DNA of 45,274 nucleotides from Octopus sinensis (taxonomy: Eukaryota): assembly GCF_006345805.1 (NCBI RefSeq), contig NW_021829635.1:1-45274 (forward strand), read 5' to 3'. Shown here in pieces: positions 1 to 12,656 of the stretch. Position 1 is the first letter of the stretch, and every line of letters starts with the position of its first letter. Both the position numbers and the translations under genes were made by a program. The notes under the pieces are model-generated. The model had not been told where the DNA came from and did no database searches. It saw only the letters and a list, made by a program, of their open reading frames with translations.

Positions 1-162
1 ATATATATATATATATATATATAAGTTCAGTAAAATTTAGATTCATTGAATATGGTACTTAAGTTAAAGGTACCAGAATTTAGTATGGTATTATCCATAT
101 AATTCAAAATGGGGTGATTACAATCTGCATTAACTCTGGATATCCTTGTTGCTTATTTTGAT

Positions 163-224
<62 letters not shown>

Positions 225-778
225 GTGGGGTGTATTACAGCAGTAATCAGAAGGAAGGATTTTTGCGGTGATTGTATAAACATAATAAAAACATTACGGG
301 ATTTTCGTTCAGTTGATAACTCCACGCTTGTTGTAGACTTAAATATAATAAGCCTGTAAAACATAAATAGTCCACACACACACACACACACAAACACATT
401 ATAAAGTAGCATTCTTAAGAGGATTATTTCCCCCTTTGACCTGTTATCCCTATTATCCAAACTAACACATTCGACTCACTTCCGAACGATTTCGCTATCA
501 GATTGCTGAAACACTACAGATTTGCTTCTTGCGAAGTTAAACACATGAAGCAGAATTATATTTGTATCATGAAGCTCTGAACTAAACTCTTCTGTATCGG
601 TTTAGATTAAGGAGAATTAAAGAAGCCAGACATCAGGAAAGATCAAGCAGTTTCATAGTCAAGGTTCTGTATGCATACTGAAGAGCAAAATGGCCGTACT
701 GCTTGAGTGCCTCACGATATCCTAATATTTCTTGCATCATGTCGTATGTTCCAATGCGACATTGGACGTGCTTACAAA

Positions 779-786
779 CACACACG

Positions 787-841
<55 letters not shown>

Positions 842-858
842 ACACATACACACACACA
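779..858. repeat. (CA)n microsatellite
   Basis: Direct reading of the CA run. Confidence 0.95.
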
Positions 859-1043
859 TGCCCCAATATTAGATTATTTACCTTAGTGAATACTCCGTGA
901 TAAGCCTTAAGCTTATAAAATATTAATACATAGAGAGATTAATTGATTGATTGATTGATATATAGATATATAGATAGATAGATGAGTACATATCAATATG
1001 TGTATGCACATATATGTGTTTATGTGTGTATGTGTATCTGTAT

Positions 1044-1107
<64 letters not shown>

Positions 1108-1155
1108 AATAGACACACACCAGACATATATATATATGTATATATATATAAAGTA

Positions 1156-1186
<31 letters not shown>

Positions 1187-1631
1187 GTATGCGTGTATAT
1201 AGATATATTATAAATCTATAATAGACACACACAGAGACACACACCACACACACCACATATATATATATATAATATCGTTTAATCCTTTGTGATCTCATTT
1301 TTCTATTACTGCGCTGCACTCGACTAACGCTTCGTTGTGAATTCTACACCAGGTTATTAGTCTCGGAATGCCTAAACGGAATATTAAATCATTAAACACA
1401 CACACACACACACACGCACACACGCACACACAACACACACATATAGATGTGTGTATGTGTGTATTATAATAAACACCACAAAAAAGCTTGCGAAATATGA
1501 GCTAGAGCTATCCATTGTTTCGTTGCCGAAGTGTTAATTTATTTCGCCATTTTTAAGCTTTTTAAAGTTACATTATCATTTAGTAACTGCTTCATGTGTG
1601 TGTGGGTATAACTATTGTATGTATGTGTATT

Positions 1632-1754
1632 ACCGACTTAGAAAAGATGAAAGGCAAAGTCGACCTCGACGGTAATTTAAGTAAAAACATAAGACCGATG
1701 AAACGTCGATAAGCACTTTGTCCGGCGCGCTAACAATTGCGCCAACGTACTGCC
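1632..1754 (-). mobile_element. Degenerate tRNA-derived SINE, family A
   Basis: GATGAAAGGCAAAGTCGACCTCGACGG core shared with full copies at 2632 and 18566; decayed head. Confidence 0.7.
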
Positions 1755-2048
1755 AATATGTTCAAAACACTAAAATACAGATAAAAAATTCAGTTCGTGA
1801 ATGATTACATAACAAAAACAAAATTGAGATTTTCCTGAATTACTCTAAAGCCATTCTGGTTTACGCCTGTAGCTTGTTATTTGATTAAACTTTTAAATGT
1901 TTCGGATGCATTATTTCGATACGATGGAATATTATACGTATAATTGTATAAGTAATTGCAGATGACTGCAACATTTGTTCAATTAAATTAGTTAAACGCA
2001 CACACACATACACACACATACATAGAAGTGCGTACACACATGGGTATG

Positions 2049-2081
<33 letters not shown>

Positions 2082-2631
2082 TTAATAGAAAAACTATTAG
2101 TTCTAAATCTTTGAATGAGAGACATGCAGCAACAGTACTATAGAGTAAAGTTTATTTGTCTTATCATTTAAATATTCTTCATGAGTAAAGTCTTGGCCAT
2201 GTTTAGCCTGAAAGGGAATTCTACATTGTTCGCTTTTAAGCGTTGATGTACTGGATTATCATATAAAATTCGAGGAAGCCTGCTATGTTTGTGAGAGTTT
2301 ATTTTATGTTATTGTAAGACTACGGAACAGGGATATAGAAGCAAAACCAAGATTAACCTTTGTTGGGGACAGAGACAAGTTCGTGTAAAAGAGACTACTT
2401 CTGTTACACCGGTCTACGTCAGAATATGCAGCTTATCTGATAAGCTGAGACTGCTGCTACATAGTCCTTGGGTAAGTGGAGAATCGTTATCGACCATAGA
2501 AAGACAGAGAATTGGAGTTTACTTATGCTTTAAACTTACTAGCTGGGAGACAGTACTGTCTCAAGGTATGGGGACACTGGACAGTTGTCCACAGGCGACA
2601 CGGGTCTAGATATTCAATTCTGATCTATATA

Positions 2632-2852
2632 TATTTCTTTACTACCCACAAGGGGCTAAACACAGAGAGGACAAACAAACGGATTAAGTCGATTACATCG
2701 ACCCCAGTGCGTAACTGGTACTTATTTAATCGACCCCGAAAGGATGAAAGGTAAAGTCGACCTCGGCGGAATTTGAACTCACAACGTAGCGGCAGACGAA
2801 ATACGGCTACGCATTTCACCCGGCGTGCTAACGTCTCTGCCAGCTCGCCGCC
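2632..2852 (-). mobile_element. Full-length tRNA-derived SINE, family A (octopus OR-like)
   Basis: Reverse complement reads GGCGGCGAGCTGGCAGAGACGTTAGCACGCCGGG...GAGTTCAAATTCCGCCGAGGTCGAC (B-box-like)...AGCCCCTTGTGGGTAGTAAAGAAAT; many near-identical copies in the window. Confidence 0.9.
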
Positions 2853-3162
2853 TTTTTCTGATCTATATATGCTGTGGCTTCCTGGCAGTAAATATGTAAT
2901 ATAGGGTGCAGTATATTTAGTTGCCCATGGGCCTATAAAGCTCTTAAGACGGTCCTGCAGGGAGAAGTAGTTGAGGTGTAAAAAATATAGTAAATAGATA
3001 AAGTATGTAATACTCAGGAGGAAAATCCCGTAACACGCCATGCAGCATGCGACAGGTAATCATGTGAGATGGGAGACGGTGAAAGAAATAAACAGAACAG
3101 AGTGAGAAGCGAGAAGGAAGAGGTATACAAATAGACTTACACTGAAAGAGAAATACAAAGAG

Positions 3163-3165
<3 letters not shown>

Positions 3166-3220
<55 letters not shown>
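3166..3220. repeat. (GA)n microsatellite
   Basis: Direct reading. Confidence 0.95.
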
Positions 3221-3223
<3 letters not shown>

Positions 3224-3826
3224 GGATAGGATTAAATATTATTTTTGAAGAAGCAGAGAGGAGCGTTCTTTAATATCTCGATTTATTTTCCCCACTTAAT
3301 AAATAAATAAATAAATAAGTAAATAAAGCGCAAATGGCGGTTCTTAAGGGCGATTACCCGTTTGACCTCAATTAGAATTATTATTTTTATAATGCTAGCA
3401 GCAGAATTTCACAATCTGCATCAACAACAACAACAACAACGGCAAAAAATAAAGCCCTAACCGCAACCAAGAACGCAATCAACGAATTAGCCACATCCCA
3501 CTTACCATCCACCATCATTACTTTCACCACCACGTTCATCATCATCATCACTACCATCACCATCATCAATAACACAACAATAACAACAGCAATAGCAATA
3601 AAGCGCATTGAATTGAATTGAATTATATAATAAAAAAAAACACCATCTTGTTGTTGTTGTTGTTGTTGTTATCCCTTCTACATCTGCTGGCGATATCATT
3701 GAAGCAATAAACCACAAGCCCTGCAATGGTATAGCCGCATTTTTAATTATTCTTATTTTACGCATATTAAATAATGACAAATACGACGACGACGGCGACG
3801 ATGACGTTGACGACGACGACGACGAC

Positions 3827-3868
<42 letters not shown>

Positions 3869-4688
3869 AGGGGATAGGAGGAGGGGAGGGGAGGAAGGCA
3901 GTGATGGTTGTGATGATGTTGATGATGATGTATTTTATGATTGAAACCCGATACTCCATTGTGTTAAATAGTTTTACCTTAATTAAGCCGTGCATCTGGC
4001 CTGATTAAATTTTCACGAGCTGCTGCCGCTGCTACATTAGACCCTTGATAAGATAAGTGCTTGATGGCGGTGAAATGACAGAGAGTTATAGTGCATCGGA
4101 TAGAGTACTTTGCAATATTCGTTCCAGCTCTCTGTGCACTGCGTTCCAATAACACCATTATGAACTTCCGCTTTCATACTTCCGGTGTCAACAAAACAAA
4201 ATACCAAACTTGTACTGAGAGTTAGTCTTCTTTCTCTTCCTTTGTCTCTCACTGTCTCTTTTATTCTCTCTCCCCCCTCTCTCTCTCTCTCTCTCTCTTT
4301 GCGTATTTTTTTTGAAGAATTTGACTAGAGATAGACCCAGAGAAGAATGGGTTCTGCCTGTTGAAAAGTGTCTGTCAAGATGATCACTCTTCGACGCTAT
4401 AGGACGATAAAAGCCTGAAGCAGGGCACGGTAGGTATTTGCGAACGTAGTTCTTGTTAAGATAACAATTCTTAAACAAAATCTGTGATCGCGAAACTCGA
4501 CAAGTAGCATGCAACAGGTAATGTAATGGGACAGAAAGAACCATCAGTTTTCCTATGGATGTGATCAATCAAAACGGAGGAGAGAGGAGTGATGACTTTC
4601 TCAAAGCCCCTGATACTGGTCACACACACATCATATGAATACATACATATGTAAATATGTACACATACATATTTATATATATAATATA

Positions 4689-4757
<69 letters not shown>

Positions 4758-4767
4758 CATATGTATA

Positions 4768-4990
4768 TATATAGAGAGAGAGAGAGCGAGAGAGAGAGGG
4801 GCCGAGGAGAGAGAGAGATAGACAGATATATACATAGATATATATACATATATATACATACATATATATATATACATATGTATTATATAGAGAGAGAGAG
4901 AGCGAGAGAGATGAGGGGGCCGAGGAGAGAGAGATAGACAGATATATACATACATAGATATATACATATAATACATACATATATATATAT
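4768..4990. repeat. Tandem duplication (about 115 bp x2) of a compound TA/GA microsatellite
   Basis: GAGAGCGAGAGA..GGGCCGAGGAGAGAGAGATAGACAGATATATACATA occurs twice in tandem. Confidence 0.8.
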
Positions 4991-5023
4991 TACATACATA
5001 CATATATATATATATATACATAC

Positions 5024-5075
<52 letters not shown>

Positions 5076-5099
5076 TATGTATGTATAATACATACATAT

Positions 5100-5159
5100 A
5101 AATCCTTAAATCCTTAAAAATGTTTTAGCCCGAAGGCCGCGGCCATGCTGGGGTACCAC
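5100..5159 (-). mobile_element. 5'-truncated retroposon tail (CCAGCATGGCCGC type) with TTTAAGGA tandem end
   Basis: Reverse complement GTGGTACCCCAGCATGGCCGCGGCCTTCGGGCTAAAACATTTTTAAGGATTTAAGGATT resembles the family B SINE tail GGTGCTCCAGCATGGCCGCAGTC; flanked by TA-rich repeats. Confidence 0.6.
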
Positions 5160-5200
5160 TATATATATATATATATATATATACATATATATATTCATAT

Positions 5201-5714
5201 AGATAGATATGTTTCTTTATTAGCCACACAGGGCTGCACACAGACGGGACAGATTACAAAGTAGAGCTTTTCTTTTTTTGGGAGAGAAAAAAAAAGGTGC
5301 GGTAGGTTTTCGATCAAAAGGGATCGTAAAAGGGAAAGAAAAAAATGAAAAAAGGGAAAAGAGAAAAAAACATCAATAGGGATCGTGTACCACAGTGTCA
5401 TGATGTAAAGTGTAAAGGGGGAGCAGATAAGGTTTATCCGTAGGAAGAAAAGCCCACGGAAAAGACCTCATTTGTTTGCAAGTAGATAACACTGTTTTAA
5501 ATTTTCCGGGTTCATAGGATTATGCTCAAGGTGGCTTCGTCATTCATACGTCCCATCCTTGCTACATTCACCAATCTTTTTTTTAAACATTCGCTAGACA
5601 AAACTCGCCTCTCTACTCTCACATTCCTTTTCAAGTGGTACTTGAAAAAGTTGATGAGAGATTGACCAGAGAAGAAAGTGCTTGTCTCCAATCCTTTCAG
5701 ACGCGTCCACCAGA
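5201..5714 (-). mobile_element. 3' fragment of a Tx1-like (L1 clade) LINE: ORF2 C-terminus plus 3' UTR
   Basis: Minus frame 5714-5512 reads [66 protein letters not shown], which resembles Tx1-type ORF2 ends (W...F...R.RVE). A T-rich UTR follows, ending GCAGCCCTGTGTGGCTAATAAAGAAACATATCT. Clade assigned from memory. Confidence 0.7.
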
Positions 5715-5717
5715 TAC

Positions 5718-5907
<190 letters not shown>

Positions 5908-6016
5908 CTTGTTTCGTATACATTCGAAGCTTTTTTCCAAGGAATCTAATGTTCTTAGCTTAGTTTTTCCTTGGGGCTGGCCAGATTGGAGCAATCTCAA
6001 GATTTATCAGCCAAAA

Positions 6017-6124
6017 TTGCGAGGATGATCCGGTTCTTGACTGAAGATTAAAGGCTTCGAATGACCCGTCCGTATTTTTTGCATCGTCTTCTGGATGTTT
6101 TGCGTTCTTGTCCCATTTTGTATT
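6017..6124 (+). mobile_element. Short TA-terminated repeat fragment (probable Penelope-like terminus), copy 1
   Basis: TTGCGAGGATGATCCGGTTCTTGACTGAAGATTA...GTTTTGCGTTCTTGTCCCATTTTGTA recurs inverted at 10189-10295; both copies end in (TA)n. Confidence 0.55.
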
Positions 6125-6137
6125 ATATATATATATA

Positions 6138-6524
6138 CTTGCAGTATCACCCGGTGTTGCTTGGGTTTGTTTCGACCCTTTAAAATTGGAATTTTTGAAA
6201 AGTAAAAATTTTGCATTATGTAGCTTGTTATTCTCTTCAAGTGAACATTTTTCCAGTTGAAATACACCGAAAATGGTGACTCAGCAGTCAAAAGTCGTAA
6301 AAAATAGGGTTTTCATAGAAAAAAAGCACCTTTTTTATGTAAATAATTTTTGCTGCTAACATGGTCCGATTTGAATTTTATCTTCTACAGAATGAAGAGC
6401 AAGCCTTCTTCTATCATACTCTCAACTTTGGTCAACTTGCGCTGCAGGGTCTCGAAGGAGATAGTGTTAGTTGAAGGCTACCAAACCTGCCACACACAGA
6501 CAACTTCAGCTTTATATATATAGA
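6138..6524 (-). mobile_element. Non-autonomous Helitron
   Basis: Minus strand begins A|TCTATATATATAAAGCTG and ends CCCAAGCAACACCGGGTGATACTGCAAG|T, a degenerate hairpin plus CTAG-like end; A/T target. Confidence 0.8.
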
Positions 6525-6525
6525 T

Positions 6526-6641
6526 TTGCTACACACTACTTTCCATCCTTAATAATGAAACTTGGTAGATCAAAAGTTAAACACACATACACACACACAG
6601 ATACACACACAGACACACAAGTTGAGTTTTATATATATAGA
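6526..6641 (-). mobile_element. Helitron 5' fragment abutting the previous Helitron
   Basis: Minus strand begins A|TCTATATATATAAAACTCAACTTGTGTGTCTG, the same 5' signature as other copies; no 3' end seen. Confidence 0.55.
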
Positions 6642-7556
6642 TTTCTCAACGGGGATTTCAGGGGAGAGTTTCAGGGAGTCGCTGGCGATGTATCGTGATG
6701 ATCAAAAATCCGGCCTGCTAAAATTTGGTTAAAGTGATTCAAACTGCAGACTCAACGCAAAATGGTCGCATTTAATTCAAAGCGTTGAAAATGTTATGAA
6801 AGCAATTGGTATGTGTTCACAAAGTCTAAACGATTAATACGAAAAAACCCTCCAGGCTACATCACGAAAATTCATTTCTTTGCCGAATTTCTACAATGTT
6901 TACGGCGATTCGTTTTTATATCTTGATTTTTTATATTTTTTATTTTTTATTTTTTTTATTTCTGTGTGTAAGCATTTATATATGTAAATAAACAGATCAA
7001 CATACAGACGGATAGGTACATAGGTTACAAGAAGAGACACATATGGAAACACGGATCCATACATATAAAGATGCACATCCATACATACAAACATGGTAAA
7101 TAGTTACATAACACACACACACAGATATGCACACACAAGGAGACAGAGGTGCATACACATACAAACACATGCTCACACACACATACATAGAAAATACACA
7201 AACACGGACAGGCAAGCACATAAATATGCAGGATACGTACATACAGATGCACACACATAAACACATACATACATACACATGCAAACACACACACACACAT
7301 ACATACGTACATGCATGCTTGTATAGGCACACACACACACACATACTGACCCACTGACCCACACACATGCGCACAAACAAACAAAAGGAATCGCAGTGTA
7401 AATAACGGACAGAGTCACGATTATTGAAAAGGTTGCAAGACGCAACGAAAATTTTAGAAAATAAAAATAAGAAATAAGCAGAAATTTTACCGGTGAGTGT
7501 GTTAAATAATAAGGCACTAAAAGAGAATGACTCTCCCCAGACACAACAGTATATAT

Positions 7557-8482
7557 ATAGTGTAATAAATAAAATATATGCATACATTCAAACATATATG
7601 TACGTACCTACATCTACATGTATATATACATGCATATATAAATATATATACGTGAGTACAGGACACCACAACTAGATGTAGAACTCAACGAGAAACGAAA
7701 ACGGAAAAACCATTTTTTTACAACAGAAAAACAGAGTACAGGACATACTACACAAGGAAAAATCCCCTTCATCAGCTGTCACTAGTTCGACTCCAGCGTG
7801 TTTCGAAGGCAAGACAGAACACGACTCGCCAAACTAATCCTTCCTGCGAGAGAAACAGGGCGTAAAAACGATACAAATAAAACTACAAAATAAAATACAA
7901 GATAAAAATACATGTACAAGAAAATACAATACGAGAAATAAAAATAAACAAGAAAACAAACGAAAAGGCCTTTTTTCTGGCTGAGACGGAGGAGATTCTA
8001 GCAGCGCATGGGAACACTTGTTTGTTTTCTTGTTTATTTTTATTTCTCGTATTGTATTTTCTTGTACATGTATTTTTATCTTGTATTTTATTTTGTAGTT
8101 TTATTTGTATCGTTTTTACGTCCTGTTTGTGTTACATTTTTTTCTTGTTTGTTTTAACCCCTCTGTGAGGTAATTTTATTTTAATTCTCTCGCAGGAAGG
8201 ATTAGTTTGGCGAGTCGTGTTCTGTCTTGCCTTCGAAACACGCTGGAGTCGAACTAGTGACAGCTGATGAAGGGGATTTTTCCTTGTGTAGTATGTCCTG
8301 TACTCTGTTTTTCTGTTGTAAACAAATGGTTTTTCCGTTTTCGTTTCTCGTTGAGTTCTACATCTAGTTGTGGTGTCCTGTACTCACGTATATATATTTA
8401 TATATGCATGTATATATACATGTAGATGTAGGTACGTACATATATGTTTGTATGTATGCATATATTTTATTTATTACACTAT
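7557..8482. repeat. Fold-back inverted repeat (arms 7557-7961 and 8020-8482, 58-bp spacer), probably Penelope-like-derived
   Basis: Arms are near-perfect reverse complements, except for an extra about 58 bp (8129-8186) in the right arm. Confidence 0.9.
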
Positions 8483-10032
8483 TGTTTGACAGCGTCCTCG
8501 CGTCGGGTTCGATTCGATTCGTTCGTTTCGTTCCGTTCTTATTCTCCCAGTACTGTTTAGTGTATATATATATATATATATATGTGTATATATATAGCGG
8601 CGTACGAACACTGTTCTCTTATATGTAAGTACGCATTTCACTAAACTTTGTACGACTTCTACAACACTCTCTCTCCCCCTCTCTTACATTTCATTGCCTT
8701 TCTTATTTTGCACTTCACTTTGTCCCTGTCTCTCCTTTTTTTCTCGCTCTCTCTCTCTCTCTCTTCTCCCCCTCCTTAAATCCTTTGTTCCTATTTTTCT
8801 CTTTTTCTCTCTCTTTCTCCCCCCCCCCCCCGATAAAAGTAAGTTCATAATTTACGGACAGAAATAACTTTAAACATTTCATTTAAATCCGTACACTTAG
8901 CTAATTTCACTAAAAATTTCTTATTTACTTTTGCAATGGTTCTGTGTTTTTCTGTTGTTAACGGCTTTTTTCTGGTTCCTTCAATACTGGCTTTTAGGTT
9001 CACTGACACATTTCGCTTCAACCCGTACAATTCTTTATTTTTCCTAAAATTTTCTTATATACTTTCTGCCCATCATATTAAAAAATATAATTTCCGTTAC
9101 CCAGTTATTTTCATTGTTTACTATCTTCTGTATCCGTGTATTTTTGTATGCGCGTATAACCATACCTAGAAGGAAAGTGTCGAATTTATCTACAATGTCA
9201 AAGTCAACCAAAAGAATGTCTCAGGGAAAGAGAGACAGCTCCTGAAAGGGAAACATACAAAAACCAGAGCACCTCAAAGTGATGAACAGAGGTATGCATG
9301 GCTGACAATGAATAGGATCTCCACTGCAGAACGAAGAGCAGTTGCAACAGCTCAGAGAAGCAACTTCTATGAAGCAGCTTTCAATTATGATCCAGCAGTT
9401 CATTATGGAGATGATACAAGAATTCCCATTGGTGCAATGACAACTGAGTGCATACATTGTAAAGCAAGGAAATGGCCTGGAGAGACATCTGTACTGCGCT
9501 ACGGTGGTGGAAAGGTTAAACTCCCCCCAACCTTCAGAGCCATTGGAGAAACTGTTGTCATCAACTGAACAAGATTCCAAACAGTTCCAAAACAAAATTA
9601 GACAATACAACGCTGCACTACAGATGACATCATTTGGTGCCACAAGAGATTTAACTGAGCCAGGATTCATGCATACTTTCAAGATCCAATGTCAGATTTA
9701 TCATCGGATTAGCTCTCTACTACCTCTGTCAAATGAATCACCAAAAATGGCCCTTTCATTTTTTATAATCTGTATCTGTTTTTTGGATACGAAATAAGCT
9801 ACCCTAAACGTGTTTTTGAATTACGTGTACTTAATTTATATACATATACGAGTTGAAAACTTTATTTTAACATTTCACTTAACGTCTATATTCCACGCTG
9901 GTATGATTTAGAGAGTCATTAATGTAGAAAGTTGGTATCTCATCTACTAGCAGTTCAGACCTGCCTAATCTACACGGCGTTTTAAAATTTCGCCATACTA
10001 TTTAACCCGTGCAACGCCGGGTATTTCTGCTA

Positions 10033-10033
<1 letters not shown>
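8483..10033 (+). mobile_element. Internally deleted Helitron with RepHel N-terminal relic (5' boundary uncertain)
   Basis: 9308-9750 encodes, with frameshifts, AAFNYDP..IGAMTTECIHCKARKWPGET...GKVKLP and KIRQYNAALQMTSFGA..GFMHTFKIQCQIYHRISSLLP, both characteristic Helitron Rep N-terminal motifs. The 3' end is CCCGTGCAACGCCGGG (10006-10021) plus CTAG|T at 10030-10034. Confidence 0.85.

Positions 10034-10090
<57 letters not shown>
10034..10090. repeat. (TA)n microsatellite
   Basis: Direct reading. Confidence 0.95.
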
Positions 10091-10095
<5 letters not shown>

Positions 10096-10188
10096 TAATC
10101 CAAACAAGAAAGCACAAAAAAACACAACAACGCGAGGACGTGGAACAAATATAGTATTATTGGACGCTCATATATATATGTATATAAA

Positions 10189-10295
10189 AATACAAAATGG
10201 GACAAGAACGCAAAACATTCAAATAGACGATACAAAAAGCGGACGGGTCATTCGAAGCCTCTAATCTTCAGTCAAGAACCGGATCATCCTCGCAA
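10189..10295 (-). mobile_element. Short TA-terminated repeat fragment, copy 2 (inverted relative to 6017-6124)
   Basis: Reverse complement aligns to 6017-6124 with scattered mismatches. Confidence 0.6.
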
Positions 10296-10581
10296 CACAC
10301 ACACAAAATGAACATGGGCTGGATCTATCTCACACGTCACATTCTCTCGTGATCGGTAAGTGATCGGTAAGAACTATGTGGTTGGGAAGCAAGCTCCTTA
10401 CCCCACAGTCACGTCTGCGCCTATTCGACTAAAAATTTTTCAATTCGGTGCACCAGCACGGCCGCAGTCTAATGACTGAAACAAGCAAAAGATAAAAGAT
10501 ATTAAATGGTATAAAAAGATAAAGCAACTTTTTTTCAAAAACAGCAATGAATCGGTCAGAAAACTCTAACTCTCTCTAAAC

Positions 10582-10909
10582 CAGGGACCGGCGAACAGGA
10601 GTAAATTACCCCAAGTAGGGTAAAAATATAATACTTTGGAGGCAATGTGGACTCATTAGACAAGTTAAATTATATAAAAATAATTTAACTTGCCTAATTT
10701 GTTCCTTGTTATGACAGAAAATTTTCTTCTGGCAACACTGCATCTGTCCAACGTAATGGGCATGTAAATAGATTCAATAAAATAGATTCAATAAATCTTT
10801 TGAATTCAAAGGATCTATGATTTTCTCCCTTTCAAAACAAGGGGGTAACGTCGGCGTAAATAAATATATTCTAGGGTAATTGGTTAAAAAAAGTTCTCCG
10901 ACTCTTGCT
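10582..10909. mobile_element. hAT (Charlie/Buster-like) MITE
   Basis: Imperfect 15-bp TIRs CAGGGACCGGCGAAC / GTTCTCCGACTCTTG (10 of 15 match); 8-bp TSD CTCTAAAC at 10574-10581 and 10910-10917, resembling the NTCTAGAN Charlie preference; subterminal TTACCCC/GGGGTAA. Confidence 0.75.
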
Positions 10910-11042
10910 CTCTAAACTTTTCACACGAGAGCCTGAGAAAACGAGACGATGCAATCAATAGTAATAGTAAAAGAGCAATTTCTTTTATTGGTAATTAAGA
11001 TGGCTAAGATTTCAGCCAGTCATTTCACATCGTTTTACTCAC

Positions 11043-11167
11043 CACTTCCATCGCCTTTACCAACAATGACACTCTTGGTGGCCACCAATACTGTCTTCGC
11101 TCTACTAACCTGTCGTATCTTGTTCAGTCGGAACCAATCGGGCGTAAGGCGTGAGGCGTGATGGTCG
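11043..11167 (-). CDS. Candidate host-gene exon (unassigned)
   Basis: Acceptor TTCATTCATTCCAG and donor G|GTGAGT; 125 bp with one open frame DHHASRLTPDWFRLNKIRQVSRAKTVLVATKSVIVGKGDGS; non-repetitive; no homology recognised. Confidence 0.2.
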
Positions 11168-11772
11168 CTGGAATGAATGAGTCGCAAGGGAATCGTAAAA
11201 TATATACGTGTTTTTTTTAATTGTTTGTTTGTTTATGTTTGTTTAAGTCCAACAGAGACTCAAGTGAGACAGATGCTACTGTTCTTGAAGTCGCCTATCG
11301 TTGATGCCGCTTCTTCCTTTCTTTCGCTCTCCTTTGCCTTCTCTCACTCTGTCTGTCTGTCTCTCTCTCTCTCTTCTTTTTCCCTCCCTTTCTAGCTAGC
11401 TTCCTATCTGTCTGTCTGTCTGTCTATCATGACTGTCTATTTCGTTCTATCTGCTTTGCTTGATAATAACGATGGTCAAGATAATGTCGCTGCCATCGCT
11501 TCGATGATAATGATGAAAAGGAAGGGAGGAGAAAGAGGTGGAGGAAATGGTGGGGAGGAGTTGGGGGAGTAGAGGAGGAAGGGGAGGAGAATGACGTCGG
11601 CAGCAACTACGATGACGACGTTGTTACTGCTGTTGTTACTGCTGCTGCTGATGCTAGTAGCATCAAGAGCATCATTGCTGCTGTGGCTGTTGTTGATGAT
11701 GATGATGTTGTTGATGTGGATGATGATGAATCTTGGAATTCTGGACCGTGTTGTTGAAAAAAGGTGATGGTA

Positions 11773-12220
11773 GGCGTAGGAGTGGCTGTGTGGTAAGTAG
11801 CTTGCTTACAAGCCACATGGTTCCAGGTTCAGTCCCATTGCGTGGCACCTTGGGCAAGTATCTTCTGCTATAGCCTCGAGCCGACCAAAGCCTTGTGAGT
11901 GGATTTGGTAGACGGAAACTGAAAGAAGCCCGTCGTATATATGCATATATATATATGTGTGTGTGTGTGTGTGGTGTGTGTGTGTGTGTGTGTGTGTGTG
12001 TTTATACATTTGTCAGTCTGTGTTTGTCCCCCCCCTCCCCAACATCGCTTGACAACCGATGCTGGTGTGTTTACGTCCCCGTAACCTAACGGTTCGGCAA
12101 AAGAAACCAATAGAATAAGTACTAGGCTTACAAAGAATAAGTCCTGGGGTCGATTTGCTCGACTAAAAGGTGGTGCTCCAGCATGGCCACAGTCAAATGA
12201 CTGAAACGAGTAAAAGAGAG
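11773..12220 (+). mobile_element. Full-length tRNA-derived SINE, family B (CORE-like segment, internal CA/TA microsatellite)
   Basis: GGCGTAGGAGTGGCTGTGTGGTAAG...GGTTCAGTCCC...CACCTTGGGCAAG...GGTGCTCCAGCATGGCCACAGTCAAATGACTGAAACGAGTAAAAGAG. Confidence 0.9.
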
Positions 12221-12356
12221 AGTAGAGTCGTCGTTGCTTTAATTATTGTAGCTGTTGATGCTGCTGTTATTCAGAGTGAAACTGGTCCCGGAGACTATGA
12301 TGCCACATGTCATTCATGTCCACCGCTGGTAACATTTTCTACGCTAAGTGTAACCC

Positions 12357-12613
12357 CTCTTTTACTCTTTTACTTGTTTCAGTCATTTGACTGTGGCCAT
12401 GCTGGAGCACCACCTTTAGTCGAGCAAATCGACCCCACGACTTATTATTTGTAAGCCTAGTATTTATTCTATCTGTCTCTTATGCCGAAACGCTAAGTTG
12501 CGGGGACGTAAACACACCAGCATCGGTTGTCAAGCGATGTTGGGGGACAAACACAGACGTACAAGCATACACACACACACACAACACACACACACACACC
12601 ACACACACACACA

Positions 12614-12656
<43 letters not shown>

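Noticed and set aside
2429-2562. Short palindromes CAGCTTATC-T-GATAAGCTG and GAGACAGTACTGTCTC
   Set aside because: 8-9-bp arms are close to chance expectation in 45 kb; no supporting context.
6035-6075. Hammerhead in the 6.0/10.2-kb twin fragments (CTGAAGA...GAATGACCCGTC)
   Set aside because: GAAT instead of GAAA, and no convincing stem I or stem II.
8187-8305. Hammerhead in the first fold-back (CCTTCGAAAC...GTC...CTGATGAAGG...GTCCTGT)
   Set aside because: Core pieces are present, but I could not build stems I, II and III in any single permutation; the GAAA after CTGATGA is missing.
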